A stretch of 64,000 nucleotides of DNA. Source: Toensbergia leucococca (taxonomy: Eukaryota). Shown piece after piece: positions 60,624-64,000 of this stretch (position 1 is its first letter; each line of letters opens with the position of its first letter). The DNA is taken from NCBI GenBank assembly GCA_022813965.1, contig JALDZS010000026.1, positions 62,001-126,000 of the forward strand, in the 5' to 3' direction. Made by a program: the position numbers and the translations under genes. The notes under the pieces are model-generated. The model worked only from the letters and a program-made list of their open reading frames with translations, did no database searches and was not told where the DNA came from.

Positions 60624-63600
60624 GGGGGTCGCATTCAGTGTATGTTATTGTTGCGTGTCATAGCTCAGAGAATGAAGGCAAAAATTGGTCGCCTACGAAG
60701 GATCAAGTGAAGCATGAAGGCGAGTTGGGTATTCTATAGATTACAGTACGAATTAGAACAGAGTACTGTACGGATACTAAACAATAGAATACATAGATGA
60801 GGGATGTGGGAACAACAAGTGAAGTAAATTGACCCCTGATGTCAAGTCTTCTCACCAAGCCTTTTCAATCTTCAGCAGATACTACAACGTACAGAACCTG
60901 CCAGAAAATCTCTAATAGTGTCTTCTTGCGACTTTGTTTGGCGTGGAGACCTTGATCTTTCAACCAAAGCAGACTCTATTGCCTTGTACTTACTGTCTGA
61001 CTATCCGTGTTGATATTGAATTGTGACATTAACAGACTAGCAGGGCGAGAATCAGAAGGCATACAGTAGGACACAGAAATATTTACGGAGTAGAAAAGTG
61101 ATAAAAGGTTTCATGGTGACTTCCTGCCTCGGGTCTCAAGAGTAGGCTCAGCATGAGCCATTATTCACAATCCTTCTCGATCAATCCTGCCGATCACAAA
61201 GGACCAGATGAGTGGAGCTTCTTGCAATGGCCTCTCCTGGACCGACAACGACGTCTATATAACACTTATCTTTAGTATTGGAGAGAAGAATATCAACGCA
61301 ACCCTCAAATTTATGTCAGCTGTGCTTGTGTATCCTATCCACAGTTGCCTTGGGAAGAGGTAGAGACACTCAATAAGTGCCAAAGATATCGACACTACAG
61401 GTAAAAGGACAGGCTCCTAGCTCAGACAATGATGTTCTTGCTCAGTCCACTCGTATTGATGATTCAATAGTCACAGCTCAAAGAAGTTGAGTGATAGGTG
61501 GTGTATTGATTTGCATATCGCCCAGCCGATCCAATACGCCTTTGGCGGGACGGCCTTCTTTTCGGTAGGAGATGTCTTTCCTTACGGTCTTATATAAGAA
61601 AAGGCTGTTGGCATGGGATCACGAATGAGTGGTCCCGACTTGGTGTAGTTATGTGTGTCGAGTGTGTTATATAGATGATCGAATTGAGTGCAACTCTAGA
61701 TGTTTCGTTGAAGATCTGGATAGAGCGTCAAAGTCGAGGAAACGCGGTAATTGCGCGGATTTTGTTCAATTATCAACTAGTCTCATTCTGCTTCTGCAGA
61801 ATCACAGACACTGAAGCCATTGATGAAAGCCTCGCGGGCCCATGTGCTCTCATCACACTGTGTGATCGTACGCTTGCTGAGTCCATGGCCACTGCGGCTT
61901 TCTATGAAGGTCGGAAGAAGACTAAAGCTTGCCAAGACTACTTCAAGAACAGTCCCATTCGACTTTGAAGGACGGCTCGGTGGTGAGGAAGTCACTCGTC
62001 ATTGATGGTTGGCTTGGGCGACTCCACCATGTACTCTTGCACTTGTGTCTTGCGGTTACACAGAGAGCGCCTGGCTAGACCGGGGAGGAGAACACCACTA
62101 TCCGGGTTGACCTAAGGGTTACACAGACTCAGGCAGCTGGCACAGGAAAACGGACCAGGGGCCGCCACATAGACGGTAAAGCATCTGGTTTCTGCCTTCT
62201 TCAATGCCAGAGGTTTTCGGAGACTTGGGTTCGAAAGTCTCCTATTCTAGCCAGTCTCTATAATCAGTCGTGCCGCCTAGGCTGCAAAGAGTATCGTAGT
62301 TCCCTAGCCTCACATAGGGTTCTCAAATGCTGGCTGAAGCCTTTGGACAGCAGCTCCTTTTCTCTTGTACACGTTTCTCATCAGATGTTTGGAATGGCTT
62401 TGCGGATTGCATAAGCTCCGTGTTTTACCAATCAAAAGTCAGCACAGCAAGCACTGCATCTACGCCGATGTAGATCAGCAGCAGTTTCCTGTTATCAGTT
62501 ATGACTGGTGCTGTCACAAAAAGTATGGCACCACGGTAACAAGCGAGCAGGATCGTCAAGGGACAACTAGCTACGGCTCTGCTCTTTGCAACGACTTGTA
62601 ATAGCTTAGTCAATCATTTGAGACAATGTCAATCAGTGCCAAGTGTAGCGTGCAAACATGTTAAGAGCTCTGTCGAAAAGCAGGGAACGCTTCTCACTGG
62701 GGTATGTTGAGTGCCAAGGAACACTGAGGAAGATGAGACCTTATCCCAACCCCATGTCACCTAAAGCAGCTCGGCAGCGCTACCTCACCACCTGCCAGCG
62801 TCAAAGGTGTGATAACGTGGGGCGTGAGACATGAAATAGCGTTCGTACAACGAACACACCAATCACTGACGTTCAGTTTCTGAAAGCACCCATTCCCAAC
62901 CAGTGATAGCTCACAGATACAAGATATACTTCCATTTTTTGCGTAAACCTCAGCAGCGCTCTCCCGCCTTTCCGCGATGGTCTGAGGCGTCTGGAATGTT
63001 TTAATCAACGCTAGTGAGGAAATCCGGCAGGTGTACTCAAAGATGTGGCCGCCGATGCCTGTGGTTGGAAGGAATCCAGCTGCAGGCCCCTTCGGACTAG
63101 TCAAGTTCTCAAAATCAGGCGTGGCTTATTGGGCAGCCGCGGTCCGGGTCCTGAGCACATTGTAGAAAGCTGAAAGTGGCATACCATGCCAGCTGACACG
63201 GTACTAAGGTGCCGAGGGTAATCAAGGAGGAGAACCTGCCTGATTATTGACGTACCTAATATTAACTTCAACGGGAACATTTAGTTACGTGCTTCATGAC
63301 CAGCAGGAGCTTCAAGCTAACGCCAGAGCGCCTTGTAGCGGGCCATAGTGCGCTTTCTTGGAGGTACAAACCTCATGGAATGATCATTTGCCTCCTGTTT
63401 TACTTGGTCGCCATGTTTGAAGCTTTGGCTAGTCCTGCGGCCGACATTCCAGAACGGAAGGAGTGCATCAAAGGCTGCGTGCTCACCAATGAAGTAATGC
63501 TGGGGCTACCCGAAGCTTAGGTAGAGAATATTCCAGTCATATAGAACAATCTTGCCAAGCCCCTTTTCGAGTTCATCAGCACGACCACATATAACTCGCA

Positions 63601-63690
63601 GAATATTGCAAGATCTTCTCCGCTGTGCAGCAACTGGATCTGAAAGCCTTCTAAGGACGAGTGAAAATACCGAGTTTGAGAAGAAGCAGC

Positions 63691-64000
63691 ATGGTGTACA
63701 TGATTAATCAATACCTTCCAAGAGCCAGGCAACAGCGCTGACTCCTTTCAACCCAGAGACCCACGAGCAGATACTACGGCTCTGAATAGCCAGTATCTTC
63801 AAACGGTCACCATCCACGGGCGGGAGTTTCAACAGTACTCCGTTGATAAATCTATCCACCTTGTACCTGTTGACGAGGTAGTTGAAATTTCAGGGAGGGA
63901 AGGAATAAGACTGGAACAAAACACTAACGAGATGGCAGGAAGAGGCTGACCGACTGTTATCTCAACATCATCTTCTCGACGTTGTTTTTGACGGGAGACT
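63691..64000 (+). CDS. LaeA-like/TAM-type SAM-dependent methyltransferase, 5' part only
   Basis: Exons 63691-63695, 63757-63877 and 63939->64000 splice to MVDPRADTTALNSQYLQTVTIHGREFQQYSVDKSIHLVPVDE|EEADRLLSQHHLLDVVFDGRL. This matches the N-terminal 'GR.Y...Y..P.DE.E..RL..QH' pattern of LaeA-like methyltransferases. Not in the ORF track. Confidence 0.75.

Noticed and set aside
62218..62245. GGTTCGAA in a small hairpin (tRNA T-loop-like)
   Set aside because: No acceptor, D or anticodon arms around it. Not a tRNA.

Overview
Eukaryotic, intron-containing DNA from a filamentous ascomycete (Pezizomycotina). The gene content and the short GT-AG introns with CTRAY branch sites indicate this; a finer taxonomic call is not possible from the sequence alone. 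About 23 protein-coding genes, mostly housekeeping: an NDT80-family transcription factor (runs off the left edge and is missed by the ORF track), an SDR oxidoreductase, eIF3g, HRQ1 helicase, a Zn2Cys6 TF, RRN11-like, two RING-H2 proteins, a PAS-domain protein, PNS1, a 3-hydroxyacid dehydrogenase, ARG2 (N-acetylglutamate synthase), GAL7, an ECM13-like protein, AIM41, an F-box protein, NUP170, an EXPERA/TMEM97 protein, ERG28, IFA38, an RS-domain cyclophilin and a LaeA-like methyltransferase (runs off the right edge). The clearest non-genic structure is a 721-bp non-autonomous DNA transposon at 49830-50550. It has apparently identical 221-bp TIRs and an 8-bp TSD, and sits 183 bp upstream of NUP170. 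Other points of interest are recurrent C-rich-to-G-rich skew switches that ignore gene orientation, an EXPERA-ERG28-IFA38 ER-lipid trio, a GC-AG intron in eIF3g, a CpcA/Gcn4 site in front of a reconstructed ARG2 5' end, and faint transposase relics. No rRNA, tRNA or CRISPR was recognised, and I found no convincing wholly new multi-gene system. All calls come from manual reading without database searches.
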